Assembly (NCBI GenBank): GCA_002269645.1
Contig: NIVC01001491.1
Span: 148,535-212,534, forward strand
From: Macrostomum lignano
Taxonomy: Eukaryota
DNA length: 64,000 nucleotides
Reading direction: 5' to 3'
Shown here: positions 12,995 through 28,468 of the stretch, in pieces
Layout: every line of letters begins with the position of its first letter
How positions within the stretch are numbered: the first letter of the stretch is position 1
Program-made: the position numbers and the translations under genes
Notes under the pieces: generated by a model
What the model was told of the DNA's origin: nothing
What the model saw: only the letters and a program-made list of their open reading frames with translations
Database searches by the model: none

Positions 12995-14560
12995 ATGCCC
13001 CGGTATGACCACAGCAGCGCCCTCAACGCGTCCTTGAAGCCGTAGCCGTCCTGCAGGTGCGTCTACAGGCCGACGACTTTCAGTAATGGTTGAAGCGCTC
13101 GAATGCAGCGTTGCCTTGCGGGTGGTAGTGCCGCGACTGGCGGTGCTGGGTGCCGCAGCGCTGGAGGAAGTTTTTGAAATCATCGGGCATGAACTGCGAC
13201 CCGCCGTCCGTGCTGATGCTCTTTGGGAGTCCCCAGCGGCTGAACCACGTCGTTGGGGCGTTGATCACATCAGCTGTGGCCCTGGGGACATGCAGGCTGC
13301 TTCTGGCCACTTCGAATGCGGGTCGTACAGCACCAGAATGAAGCGACATGAGTTCGGCGCCGAATGCAGCTCCCCGAAGATGTCGAGCTGAAGCTCCTCC
13401 CAAGGTCGCGTCGGCCACTTCGTCGGAGTCATCAGCCAGCACCGTTTTGGATGTCTTGAAGTTTTTCTCGCTGAGCAGGCAGGCCTCGCAGTGCCGCACG
13501 AACTCCTCGATTTGGCTGTCGATCTGCAGCCACCAGACCGAGTCCCCGCAGTGCTGCTTCATTCTGCTCACTCCGAGGTGCTCAAAGTGGGCCAGCTGCA
13601 ACGTCGTCTTTCTCAACAACGCGGGGATCACCGCGCGCAACCCATTCGCCAGGCACTTGCCTTCGTTCCAGACTGTGAGCTGCTCCTTGATCCGCCAGAA
13701 CGGCTGCAGCTCCGGCCTAAAGCTGCTTGATGGAACTCGGCCAGCCCTCAAGCGTCATCTCGATCGCCTGGCTGATCACCGGGTCCTGTAGAGATGCCTC
13801 AGCCAGTTCGCTTGGGCTCACGATCTGCAGCGCGCCAGACCGCAGGACGGCGTTCACCTGGAGCTTCGCTGGGTCCTCCTCGCTGCTGTCGTTGCGCGCG
13901 CCGTGTTGCGACAAAAAGTCCGGAACGGTGTTCTTTTCCCCGGAACGTGGCAGACCTGGAAGTCGTACGCGTGCAGGCGGTCGGCCCACCGGTGCAGTCT
14001 TAATGGCAGGTGCCCGCTGCCCTGAGCCGTCAGCGACGTAGTCTGCGCTTGATGGTCCGTGTGCGACTCAAATCTCCGGCCGAACAGGAAATAGTGCCAC
14101 CTCTCATAACTCTCATGCCTCTCGCATGCCAATGCCTCTCTTTCAGACGCGGAGTCGCTGACAGGGTTCGGGATGCAAACGCAACTGGTCTCCGGACGCC
14201 GGCGCAGTCTTCTTGAAGCAAAACTGAGGTCATTGCAGATTCGGATCTTACCGTCAGGATTTGGGACGACCACCAGATTCGAGATCCACTCGGATGCCTG
14301 GATCTCCACGACGATCCTGTTGAGAGCCCCGTCCTCCAGAGCGACGCCTACAGCTGAACCCTGTTGGGAAGCTGCGACCCCCAGGTCCCCAGTAGAGCTC
14401 CCGTCCCGTGTCCCAGGGAGACGCAGGAAAATGACAGAGCAGAACTCACGAGCTTCCGTGAAAAAGCCGATGCAGTTCGCACTTTGCTATGGTAGACAAG
14501 TAAGTTTGTTTTGAAGTAGCCAACGATAGGACCAAGAAAACGCAAGGCCGCGGCTGCCCA
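12995..14560 (-). mobile_element. Ty3/Gypsy LTR retrotransposon internal relic (RT start, RNase H, integrase), frameshifted and internally deleted
   Basis: WISNLVVVPNPDGKIRICNDL (RT N-terminus), RPVAFASRTLS and FLFGRRFESHTDH (RNase H), HLGVSRMK..VWW..CEAC (integrase HHCC), GLPKSISTDGGSQF..HPQGNAAFERFN (integrase core). Confidence 0.92.
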
Positions 14561-14569
14561 CTAGACAGC

Positions 14570-14770
14570 AAATTTATTATATTATATTAACTGATATATA
14601 ATATATATAATATATTATTAATTAATAATAATATATTATTAATAAATAAGCTCCATAATAATATATTATGGAGCTTATTTATTATATCAGTTATATCAGT
14701 TATAATATATACTTTCTTTATAATATTATAATATATATATAAGTTATAATATATTTAAGGTACTTTCTAA
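14570..14770. repeat. AT-rich low-complexity tract
   Basis: Degenerate TA/TAA runs. Confidence 0.85.
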
Positions 14771-16060
14771 TGTATTTAAAAAGGTAAACTAACTCAGCTA
14801 GAGGCTGGATGTTTTTAAAGTATCTCACAGTTAAAAATATAAATTTCGGCACCCTTCTCTACTGCAAGTCGTCTCCGCTGCACATACATAAACTCTTACT
14901 CTTCTTGAACTTTTAAATTTGTCATTTATTCTTACCATTTTGCATCTTTGTCTTGATGAGATGATTTCACCTTACATCATCTAGCCTCTACAAGAGTTAT
15001 TTCACCTTTTTAAATTTCATTACAAATTTCGGAGAACTGCTTTTTTGGTTGAGCGTGTGCAGTGTTTGCTATTGCTAGTTCTCCTAGCTAATGCTTCTTT
15101 GATAAAGTGGGCTTTTCTCTGAGCCTGAAGGTAAACGGAGGGAGCTAGTTAATAAACAAGCTGTATCACTTTGTACGCCTGATCTCTCTGGCGCTTTATG
15201 CTGGGCCTTTTCATCTCCTCGCTGCATCCGTCTCTTCAGGGCTACGAGTACTCTAAGATAGATTAAGTTCAACAAAGTTCAACATTGTTTAAGAACAATG
15301 GTTAATGCCTACACAGCCTGGGGATCATCGTTTTACGCACAGACTTTCAAAATCAAGAGAAAAGTACGAATGCTCTTACAAGAAAACATTTAGCTCGTGT
15401 TTAGTCTTGCAATCCATCTTATAGCTACGCTTTTTTGAAACACAGAATAGATAGAAAAAGACAAATAGTGGTTGGTACTTTTGCATATCCTTGTAAGTAG
15501 CATGATAGATGCTTTCGCTGGGTTTCGTAGTAGATTTGCTCACGTATGCGTGAGGAAAATGTTTTGCTGGAATTTTTATATTTTAGAATTTTACACGTAC
15601 TAAAAATTGGATACTCAAACATATATTTCAGCAGTATAGTTAAAATATGGAAGAGCAGGGCAGCTATTGAAACAGTAAACTACACTGGAATAAATAATTT
15701 ACGGGTTTATAATAAGTGTTTTATATGCATAAATTAGTTTTACCTGTGTGCAGTTGCAGCTACACTCATACAAAAACTAGCTACTTAGGAAGTTTACAAG
15801 TTAAAATTTTATTTGCTTCAAAAAGTGAGCTTGAGTTTAGGAACTGAGGAGCCTGGTGCATTTCTAAATGTCACTGAAGTCATTGTGGAAATAGCAGACA
15901 AACTGCTAAATGGTGCTGGGGTTGGTGATAGTGAGGAAAAAATCTACATTCCTGAAACTCCTCCGACTTCATCGGGAATGCTGTAAGTTGTATGTCCTGA
16001 GTTAACTTCTTGCTTTTTTGTCATGGCTTTGAGACATAGCAATTGTTTGCTGCAATAGGA

Positions 16061-16917
16061 TTATTCTGGGATGCCACCGCAAGTTTTAGTTGCAGTGTCG
16101 ATTACGGTGTCCAGCTTTGATTTACAAGCTTCAATTTCCTTTTTCTGCTCACTGGTTGGAGGCGACCCGAAAGCTTTCGATTCCAGCTTGGGCGCTTCAG
16201 CAGTAGCAGCTTTCAGCCGGTCTGAGATGGCTTTGGCTTCCTTTAGTTGGAAAGATTGAAGGGATTTTTTCAGGCCCTCCGTCTCAGCCCCTCGGGAGGA
16301 CCCGGCAGCTGCCTGCTCCAGCCTCTGCTCTGTGGCTCTCAGCAGCTTCTCCAGGTGCTCTTTTTTCTTACCGATAAATTCGATAAGATTTTTTATTTGA
16401 GCTTTCCAAGGCTGCAGTTTAGCGCTGACTTGTTCGCATTCCTTTGCGTCCTTCTCCACTGTGCTTAACAGGTTCAGGCATTCAGTCTGAAATATAAGCG
16501 TTCCGTTTTATTAATTTGAATTTGAATAAATATTAAATATGTTAGCTTCCATTACTTGAAACTTCAACCGATGATCGCTGAAGTGCACATCGCAAAGATT
16601 CTTGTCGCAGTGACCGCAGTTGACAAGGACCGAGTAGGAGCATTGGGTTTCGCCTTCGCCTTCGCCTTCGCAGGTGGCGCCGAGCAGCGCTTTCGAACAG
16701 AAAACCTTAATGAGCTTGGCCATGGCGGCGTCCTGCTTAGGTGTGATCAGCTTCTCTCGGCATTCCGGACACTTTGCTGCATAAGGGGTTGTCTCTAAAA
16801 TGCCTCTGTGGCATTCCCGGCACACGGTGTGGTGGTTCGGGCACACGAAGCAGGGATCAGTAAAAATGGTTTTGCACACTGGGCAGCGCAGGTCTTTTAT
16901 GTCTACTGAGCTCACGT
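16061..16917 (-). CDS. TRIM-like gene 2 (first exon/start not found)
   Basis: Exon 16917-16556 (CPVC..DPCFVCPNHHTVCREC..CPEC; CGHCDKNLCDVHFSDH) and exon 16486-16061. The ATG positions of gene 3 read CTG and GTG here. Confidence 0.8.
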
Positions 16918-17209
16918 CTAAAACTTTAGGGGTCAGGTATTGAATAGCGATTTTAAAATCCCAGTTAACGCTGTATTATATTCACATTCACCATAGTATT
17001 TAGAAACTAAAAAGGATAAAGATTAAGATTATTGTGCGGTCCGAAGGTGAGTCCAGTCACAAGAGAGGGACTAAACCAATTAATAAAATGCTGCATTCAC
17101 ATTTTATCTAAGCTTTGTGTCACAAATTGCGTGCGTGACACGTGATAGAAATCGTCTTGAGGTATCCTTGACCTCGTCGAAAAGCAACCAATTAGTGATG
17201 CCAACCGTA

Positions 17210-17577
17210 TTTATTTATTTTTTTATTAGAGGCAGGGGGTTGTGTGCACCCTGGCGCACTTTAAGCGACATAGGCACACAACCGGCGAGAGGCATTACTG
17301 CCCATTCCGCCGACTCCCCTGAGCAGGCATACAAGCGCGCGGATACGTACGCAGGCACACACTCACACAGGAGTGTACAGCGGCCCTAACTTTATATTAT
17401 CGTTAGGCATGTACACTTCACTGCGCCTTGGGGGGTTGGCCCTCAAGGCCGTTAATTGTACGAGCAGAGCCAAGCCGAGATTCCAATTCAGCCCCAAATT
17501 AATGTGACTGCACTTGGAATCGAGCCTGGGTCGCTGGCACACCAGAGCAGCTGCGCTACCGCTGGGCTACGGCCCCC
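17210..17577 (-). mobile_element. tRNA-derived SINE family 2, young copy with 14-bp TSD
   Basis: Head GGGGCCGTAGCCCAGCGG...GGCTCGATTCC, A-rich tail, TSD TGATGCCAACCGTA at 17196-17209 and 17578-17591. Confidence 0.92.
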
Positions 17578-18424
17578 TGATGCCAACCGTAATTGATCAT
17601 AGAAACTTAGTGGGGTCAGTAAAAGTATTTGTATTGAGGCGGACAAATGCCTGAGGGCGATTCGCATCAGTCAGTTCAATCTAGGAGGCGGATGTTGTGA
17701 TTGGTGTAGAGATTACTCTGAAGTAGACGGAAGTTTGATGGGGCTTGGAGTTCCAGGGTGGAAATCAGTTTCACTCCAGCTCGCATGCATAAAAGCAATA
17801 AATCTTTGTTTGAAACTTTGCCTCATGCACTGACGCAACTCCATGTACGAGTACGAGCAGATGATGGAAATTTAAATGAAGCGCACTTGAAGCATTTCAC
17901 CACTTTTTAACTTCGCTCGCAGGAATGTTTTTTAACTTACCTTTTAAAAGTGACATTGTGTAAGCAAGCCAGTGATACCTTTTTTTCTGCGGCCCAGGTT
18001 ATCTCTGAAAACAGATGGGGTATTTGCTAGAAAAAAATTAGGGCGAAGCAGAGACTGTGGTAAATAAAATGCTTCAGAAAGCGGTGCAACCTTGTTTAGA
18101 AATTAGAGCGGAGAAGAGTTTGCAGAAGTGAAGAGTGACGAAATTTATATTTTTATCTGTGAGGTACTTTATTTTACATCTGTTTATTATTATTTTTATT
18201 TAGCAACCCTTGACCTTGAAGAGATAATTTCACCTTACAACCAACTTCCAGCTGCTACTTTTTGCCTTCTGAACTTTTAGTAAAGTTGCAGATGAGCAAT
18301 GCTTTTGGTTGTGCTCGTATTTGGTTTAACTTTCTCGTAGTTCTGTTAGCTAGCTAATTTCTCCACTAATTCAACTAATTTCATTCATAAATATGGAAGC
18401 TTTTCGGGAAGTTTCTATTCAATC

Positions 18425-20130
<1,706 letters not shown>

Positions 20131-21319
20131 GGCAACTTAATAAGCCGGAATAGGTAAGACTTGTCTCAGAAAAGGACATGTTTAGTAACAATGGTTAATG
20201 TCTTCGGCCTTGGAAAGCATCGTTTCAAATACATGTACAGACTGCTTGAAACCGGTGAATTCTGCCAATTTTTACAGGTACAAGTGCTTTTAAAAGCAGG
20301 CATTTAGTCTCTCTTTCACCATTTGGCTAGGCTTTTTAGAAACAAAATCGCAGGAGAAGTGGTCTTTCGGATCTCCAAGCTCGAATTTGTATCTAACTAA
20401 CTAATAGATTGGCAAAACAGTAAGGAGTGTTGAGAAAAAGCAAGCGTAGTACATATTATCCTTGTCTAAAATGATTTCAATAATAATTTCAAACATGTTT
20501 CATCTCAACCTAAAAAACTTGTCGGAAGGCTGTAAGCAACGCCTTCGGTAACATTGTCTCACAAACAGTACCGAGTGCGTCGCAACCTTGGTGACCGCGT
20601 TTGGAAACGAACTAGGGGTCTTGTCGCAAGAGTTAGAAGTTTTTACGCTGAGCTGCTCTGCTCCTTATTTTCCTAATTTTTTGTTACGTTTTAACATACC
20701 AAACATATTGAAATAACTTTAAGAGAAAGAAGCAGTGTTGCAACAAAGAACTAATTTTCGTGCTTATGAACAGACCTGTTTTGTGTTACAAGCCGTGTCT
20801 CTTTTTTATTAGCTATTGAGAATTTCAGGTACTCTTTATTCGTCATGTAGTAGGGCTCCTTGGATAATACGTACTGACGCCGAATTACTAATAATGAAAT
20901 AGGTTTTCTAATACATGCAATTTATTCACAGAAATACTTGTACAGGCGCCGATTATTAATGTACTGGAATTACGCGACGGTTGTACCAATTATTTTGTTA
21001 GAATGCACTGAAATATTTAGTATAAATACTGCTCGCACCAATTTGAAGTTTCGCGCTCGTCGTGGCCCGTTGAAGTTTGGCCCCTCCTTTGTTGCGACGG
21101 AACCGCTCTTAGTTGAATTGTGCTGGCTCATGTGAAGCCCGGCCTTAGTACATAGTCAGTTTGTAATAGATCTAGTTACTCGTACAAATATTCGACATGA
21201 GTACGAGTGATCTCGAAATTATGAACTATTGATTGAGAAGAAGTCGTAGATTTTAAGCTGAAACTTAATTGCTTTAATGTCCGGAGCGAAGAGGCGGAGA
21301 CGGAGTGAGTGGTGATCGA

Positions 21320-21512
21320 CAGGGGCGGATTTAGCCCCCCCCCATCCAAAGTAGCTTGACCGAACATATTGCGCCCCCCAAAAACCTAAACTTGCGCCCT
21401 CTACACTTGATTTTTCGCCCCCTATACGCATTTTTTGCGCCCCTAGCTTAAAAATTGGCGCCCCAAACTTGGACCGCCCTCCCCCCAAAATGAAAATCTA
21501 GATCCGCCACAG
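21320..21512. mobile_element. MITE, probably hAT-type, 193 bp
   Basis: Imperfect TIRs CAGGGGCGGATTTAG / CTAGATCCGCCACAG, 8-bp TSD GTGATCGA at 21312-21319 and 21513-21520, internal GCGCCCC subrepeats. Confidence 0.85.
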
Positions 21513-21798
21513 GTGATCGAGCACAGCAATGCAGGTCCCAAAGCGATTCGGAGGCGCATTATTCGAGTATATTGATTCGAAAATTAAAAAGAAAAAAAAT
21601 TGAGCGGCAGCAGCGCCCTCTCGCGCTGAGCAGAGCAACATATAAATAAAGCACACGCACACCTGGGGTTAGAGGTGTTAGTCAGAGCACGTACAGGTAC
21701 CTACAGCGCCTAAAACAAGTACAACGCGATAAAAAGGGGAGCAGCGAGGCAGGTCGCTCCGCCATCAACAATGGGTAAAGCCCACTTGCTTCACCCGC

Positions 21799-22525
21799 CA
21801 TCAGATCATCTCAGGGTAAATATCTGTCGCACTCTATCAGATCATCTCAGGGTAATTATCTGTCGCACTTCATCAGATAATCTCAGGGTAATTATCTGTC
21901 GCACTTCATCAGATAATCTCAGGGTAATTATCTGTCGCACTCCATCAGATCATCTCAGGGTAAATATCTGTCGCACTCTATCAGATCATCTCAGGGTAAT
22001 TATCTGTCGCACTTCATCAGATAATCTCAGGGTAATTATCTGTCGCACTCCATCAGATCATCTCAGGGTAAATATCTGTCGCACTCTATCAGATCATCTC
22101 AGGGTAATTATCTGTCGCACTCTATCAGATCATCTCAGGGTAATTATCTGTCGCACTCTATCAGATCATCTCAGGGTAATTATCTGTCGCACTCTGTCAG
22201 ATCATCTCAGGGTAATTATCTGTCGCACTCTATCAATAATCTCAGGATAATTATCTGTCGCACTTCATCAGATCATCTCAGGGTAATTATCTGTCGCACT
22301 TCATCAGATAATCTCAGGGTAATTATCTGTCGTACTCCATCAGATCATCTCAGGGTAAATATCGGACGCACTTCATCAGATAATCTCAGGGTAATTATCT
22401 GTCGTACTCCATCAGATCATCTCAGGGTAAATATCGGACGCACTTCATCAGATAATCTCAGGGTAATTATCTGTCGTACTCCATCAGATCATCTCAGGGT
22501 AAATATCGGACGCACTTCATTAGAT
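21799..22525. repeat. 36-bp minisatellite, about 20 units
   Basis: Unit ATCAGAT(C/A)ATCTCAGGGTAA(T/A)TATCTGTCGCACT(CT/TC/CC); the plus-strand ORF shows the 12-aa periodicity. Confidence 0.95.
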
Positions 22526-22829
22526 CATCAGATCATCATCATCTTCGGCTGGTGCAGCATAAACGTCTATCCCTAGGCCCAAGCATCGCAACTACCATTC
22601 TTCGAAGTTATTTATTTTGGGATATTTGTCAGCTGAAATAGAGACCGCTTACTCAGCAAGTTAAGAGTTCGTGGACCGTTAACCCAATTAACCCGAGCCA
22701 GACGCTGAGTAATTACCGGTTTCTAATCAATTTTTCTAAGTTTTTGGGAGCCAAAATATGGCAAAAGTTTTCTAATGCGAGTTTGCTTTGGGGCGAATAA
22801 ACCCGCCCAAAAAACCGGTAAAAAAAATA

Positions 22830-23681
22830 TACGAGCTACCGAGCAATTTTCACGTGTAGTCTCGATTATGGTGCTCAGCTTTGCTTTACAAGCTTCAATT
22901 TCATTTTTCTGCTCCTCGGTTGGAGGCAACCCTAATTTTTGCGAGTCCAGCTTTGGCGCTTTAGAAAAAGCAGATTTCAGCCGGTCTCCGATGGCTTTGG
23001 CTTCCTTTAGTTGGTCAGATTGAAGGGCGGTTCGCAGGCCGTCTGCCTCAGCTCGGCGAGAGGACCCGGCAGCTGCCTGCTCCAGCCTCTGCTCTGTGGT
23101 TCTCAGCAGCTCCTCAAGGCTCTTTTTTTCACATCGATAAATTCGATAAAACTGGCGATCTGAGCTTTCCAAGGCTGCAGTGTAGCGCTGACTTTGTCAC
23201 ATTCCTTCGCGTCTTTCTCCACAGATTCCAACAGGTTCTCGCATTCAGTCTGGGAAGGAAAGCGTTCTGTTTTATTAGTTTTCGTGTTAATACCTGCTAA
23301 ATACTTTAGTTTACATTACCTGAAACTCCAATCGATGCTTGCAGTAGTGAAACTCGCAAAAATACTGATCGCAGTGACCGCAATTTTTGGAGACTGAGTT
23401 GGGGCACTGGGTTTCGCCTTCGCGTACCTGGCAGGTGGCGTCGGGTGGCGGTTTTGAGTGGAATTCTTTGACGAGCCTGGCCATGGCGGCGTGCTCCGTC
23501 GGTGTGCAAAGCATCTGTCGGCACACCGGACACCTTGCGTGTCCGAAAAGGTGCGTCTCCAAATGGCGTTTGTGACATTTGCGGCACAGAGTGTGGTGAT
23601 TCGGGCACACGAAGCACGGATCAGTAAAGATGTCTTTGCACAGCGGGCACTTCAGGTCTTCGTCCTCTCTTGAACTCATAT
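22830..23681 (-). pseudogene. TRIM-like gene 3 with a 1-nt frameshift in an A7 run at about 23123-23129; 3' end uncertain
   Basis: RING/B-box exon 23681-23320; coiled-coil exon from 23249. GATGTG-AAAAAAA-GAGC-CTTGAG is 1 nt shorter than the paralog GATGTG-GAAAAAGAGCGC-CTGGAG. May be a sequencing error. Confidence 0.7.
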
Positions 23682-25427
23682 CTAAAACTTCAGGGGTCAT
23701 TTGTTAACTAAGTATATTAAAATCCATGTTAACATTCTAGAATATGCTAAGCTACTATGTAGAAACGGAGAAGGGCATAGATGAAGAGTATTATTGAGCG
23801 GTCTGAAGGCAAGTCCAGTTCCTAAAGAGGGACCTATCCAGTTAATCGATGTATAGCACGAGTTGAAAAGTGGTTAAAGCCTGCTCCAGCTAATCAGCTT
23901 GTATGTGCCATAAGTAATTTCCAGTACTGTATAGATTTGTCTATCGCTTCGCTTCGCTCGCCTCGAGACCATTATATGCGACCTCTGACTTTCTGACCAC
24001 AGAATGCGCATTATAAAGCTATTATCTTATACTTAAAACTCCCTTGGTTAATGCAACTGCACATGAAGATGCAATGAAGAAAATAAAGAAGCGCACCTAA
24101 AGCATTTCACCATCCTTTTACTTTATCGCCAAGAATATACCGGACTGCATTTTCAATAATTGTGCAGACAAAATTTCAGACAATACAGCTTGTAGGAGTG
24201 TTTTAACTACCTTTGGGAAGTGACCTTCCGCATTTCGATTTTGCGTAGTGAGCCATATAGTTTTTGTCTGCGGTCCAGGTCGTTGCGGAGAGCAGCTAAA
24301 TTTTTTGCCAGAAAAACTAATGCGAAGCAGAGGCTTTGGTAAATGAAATGCCTGAGAAAGCGGTGCAGCCTTGTTTAGAACTCTGATTCTGCGTCCAGCA
24401 TTGCTATGGTCGCTTCAAGCTATTTTATGCATTCAGAGTTCATGTATGTACAGAAGAGACGAGTTTGAAGCAGAGAAGAGTGACGAAATTTATATTTTTT
24501 ATATTTTTATCTTTGAGGTACATTATTTTACATCTGTCTTTTATTCTTACCATTTAGCATCATGGTCCTTGAAGAGACGATTTTCATCTTGAAAGTAACC
24601 GGACCTCAATAGCCGCTACCTTCGCTCCCCTGATCTTTAAGTGCAAATTACAGATGAGCAATGCTTTTGATTGTGCTTATGTTTGGTTTAGCTTTCTCGT
24701 AGTTCTGATAGCTAATGTCTTCACTTTAGAGTGGGTTTTTCTCTGAATCTGAAGTTAAATGGTGGAGTTGTTAATATACGAACTACATCCGTCCGTACGC
24801 GCGTGATCTCTCTAACCTTAAATTCTCTATATCTGTCTGGCCCTCCTATTCCCGCTGTATCTGCGTCTCTTCAGGACTTCTCCTAGACTGTTAAAGTTTA
24901 ACAAAAATGAGAAATTATTTCAAATCAGCCGGACTAGATAAGACCAGTCTAAGAAAAGGACGTGTTTAACAACAATGGTTGATGCCTTCAGCCTGGGAAA
25001 CATCGTTTCAAGAGCGGACTGCTTGAATCCAGTGAATTCTGCCAATTTTTACAGGTACGAGTGCTCTAACAAGCAGACCTAATCTCTCTGTCCGCCCTGT
25101 GGCTAAGTTTCTTAGAAACGCAAAATCGCCGGAGAGGTGGCTCTGCAGGCTCAAATTTGTATCCATCTATACTAACTAGATAGGCAAAACAGTATAGAGT
25201 GTTGAGAAAAAGCATTCAGAGCACACATTTTCTTTCTGTAATGACTAAAAATAAATGTTACGAATGATTGTGAAATATCTGCTTTGTCTTGGACAGAAAA
25301 AGACAGATAAAGACAAATTGTGGTGCTACTTTTGCAGATCCTTGTAAGTAGTTAATATAGTAAATATAAAAATACTACTGCATTTATGCAACCAGCGCAT
25401 TTAATTTTTAAAGTGGAGCCAAATACT

Positions 25428-25830
25428 CTATTCTCTCACTGGGAGAAGCAGGCTCACTGGGAGAAGCAGTGGATGTCTCTTCCCTGTGCTCTGACCTTCT
25501 ATAGGAATCTCTGACCTTCCACCGCAAATTCGTGTTGCAGTCCCGATTATGGAGACCAGCTTTGCTTTACAAGCTTCGATTTCTTTCTTCTGCTCATCTG
25601 TTGGAGGCGACCCAAAATCTTGCGACTCCAGCTTCGGCGCTGCAGCAGGAGCAGCTTTCAAGCGGTCTGCGATGGCTTTGGCTTTTTTTAGCTCACCAGA
25701 TCGAATGGAGGCTTTCAAGCCGTCTGCCTCAGCTCGACGGGAGGACCCGGCCGCTGCCTGCTCCAGCCTCTGCTCTGTGGTTCTCAGCAGCTCCTCCAGG
25801 CGCTCTTTTTCCACATCGATAAATTCGATA
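25428..25830 (-). pseudogene. TRIM-like copy 4: orphan, 5'-truncated coiled-coil exon
   Basis: EKERLEELLRTTEQRLEQAAAGSSRRAEAD... matches genes 2, 3 and 5. At about 25830 it abuts the intergenic block with no RING exon upstream. Confidence 0.8.
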
Positions 25831-28468
25831 CTTGAGAAGGCGATGCAACCTTGTTAAGAATTCCATTTCTGCTTTTGTCATTTCAAGCTGTTTCAAGCAT
25901 TCAGAGCTCATGCATTTACAGCGGAGACGAGTAGCAGTAGAGAAGTGTGACGAAGTTTTTATTTTTATTTTTGAAGTACTTTATTTTACACTTGTCTTTT
26001 ATTCTTATCATTTAGCATCTTGCCTTCTGAACAAACGATTTTCACCTAACAACCAACCTGTAGCTGCTACATGTACTCCTCGCCTTCTAATCTTTGAGTG
26101 CAAATTACAGAGAAGCAATGCTTTTGATTGTGCTCATGTTTGGTTTATCTAGTTCTTTTAGCTTATCTCTCCACTTTAGAATGGGCTCTTCTCTAAGCCT
26201 TAAGTTAAACGGCAGAGTTACGAGCTAGTTAATAACCAAGCTGAATTCGTTCGTACGTCCGGTCTCTTCGACGTTTTATGCAGGGCCTTTTCTATTCTAT
26301 CTATCCCTATCCCTATTCTATCTATATCCTGGTGTATACAGAAGATTCGTGGAGTTTAGAGTTTTAGTTTCAAAATCAGTTGAGTGCAAATTGCCTGCAT
26401 ACGAGTAGAATGAAAAAATTATGCTTAAAACTCCACTTCTAGTGCTATGGCTTGTAAATTCAGTTGCAATGCAGATGCAATGAAAGTAATAAAAGAAGTC
26501 CTCTTTGGCATTTTACCACCTATAACTTCATTTCGAAGAGCTGTATTGTCACTAAATTGGCAGATCAAATTAAATAATTTTGATTATTGAAGCTCGTAGG
26601 AGTTTTTTATCTATCTTTGAGAAGTAACGCTGTAGGACAGTGATACACTTATTCCTGCGGCCCAAGTTGGTGCTGAGAGCAGATGGGTTAAATAGCTTCT
26701 AATGGGAAGCAGAGGCTGAGGTAATTAAAATTCTTGAGAAAGCGGTGCAACCTTGTTTAAAATTCCGTTTTTCCGTGCTGTTGTCGTTTCAGTTATTTTA
26801 TGCATTCAGAGTACATGTGTGTACAGTGTGGAGACGAGTTGCAGCAGTGAAGGGTGACGAAATTTATGTTTTTTACTGTGAGCTACTTTGTTTTACATCT
26901 GTCTTTGATTCTCACCGTTTAGCAGTTTAGCTTTGAAAAGACGATTTTACCTTACAACCTCTAGCTGAATGTATAGCTGAATGTATTTTGCCTTTTTAAA
27001 TTTTAGTTCAATTCCATGGGAGAAATGCTTTTGGTTTTGCTTGCGTTTAGGTTAACCAGTTCTCTTAGCTAATGTCTTCATGTCACGGCGGGCTCTTATC
27101 TGAGCCTTAAGTTGAACAGGGGATTCAATTAATAAACGAGCTACATCCGTCCGTACGCCTGATCAAACTCTTTGTCCTTGAATGCCGGCCCCTCTTGTCT
27201 CCTTGCAGCATCCGTCTCTTTAGGGCTATTTCAAGATAACGTAAGTTAAAAAAAAACAAGCAATAATGTCATAGCAGCCAGACTAAAAAATCAGTGTTAG
27301 AAAAGGACGTGGATAGCAAACAAGGGTTGAGGATCTTTATAAGCCTGAGAAGCCTCGTTTTAAGTACAGACTGCTTGAACCCGGGGAATTCTGTCAATTC
27401 TTACAGGTACGGGTGCTCGTATATAATCTTTCTGTCATCTCTAAAAATATACTTTACAAATGATTGTGAAATATCTGCTTTGTCTTTATTGACAGAAAGG
27501 AGACAGATAAGGATAAATAGTGGTGCTAGTTTCGCAGATCCTTCTAATTAGTACGTGTATGATTGTTACTACTGTATTTATGCAGCCAGCGCATATGACT
27601 CGACAGTGGAGAAAATTATATGTGAAGTGAGAAGTGTACTGAAGGAAGGTTTTATGATTTTTATATAATTTATAGTTTTAATTTATGAAGAGTTGACGTC
27701 ACCAATAAACTGTTGTTGACACCAAGGACCACTTTTGGAACTTTGCATAACATTTTACTCTTCTAATATTTTACAGTTTTGTATAGACTATCATATTATC
27801 CGTATGAATTAAAGTAGCCAAAACATACGCTCGTACATGTATGAAAGATAAGCAAGGTTACTTTAAGGTATGAAGTAAGGACTAACATAAGTAGTGTTTT
27901 GGTTACATGTGCACTCTACATCTCAAGTGCACCCTTACGCAATTCTGATTTGTACAGTGCAGCCTAAAGAAGCTTAAAACAGAAAAGATTTCGAGATTAG
28001 CCTGGGATATACGAACTTAAATCGAAACTGAAGTGCTTAACATCTGTCATGTGAAACTTTGTTTACAAAGAATCATTCATATCGTGTTATATATGAAATA
28101 TGAAAAATTAACCACCTGAGCATAAATAATTATTTTTCTGATTACTATCAGTTCCATAGTAATACCGATTATTCAAGTTTTTAGTCTCTATGCCACTAAA
28201 AAACAGTGTTAATCAGCGATAGAAAAAATGTGATACAAGTATTTTTTATGATACAAGCATTAGCGTTGAAATGAAAAATAAGTAACTTTTTATTGTCACA
28301 TTTCGTGAAAACAATAAATGATAAGTTTTACAATACGTGCTGATTTGTTACTTCTTTTTTGAAATAAAAACACTGTTTTTAATCTCTTTCGCTCTCGCCC
28401 TTTTGCAACCAATATATCAAGCGCGCTGGACCATCGTGCAGTCGCCGGACAGCACTGCATGTTGCCAG

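Noticed and set aside
17500-17577. tRNA genes at SINE heads
   Set aside because: A and B boxes are present but I could not build a cloverleaf, and each head is followed by a shared SINE body, tail and TSD.
21799-22525. CRISPR array (36-bp units; also the 35-bp array at 35178-35670)
   Set aside because: Units are head-to-tail with no unique spacers, no cas genes are present and the context is eukaryotic.
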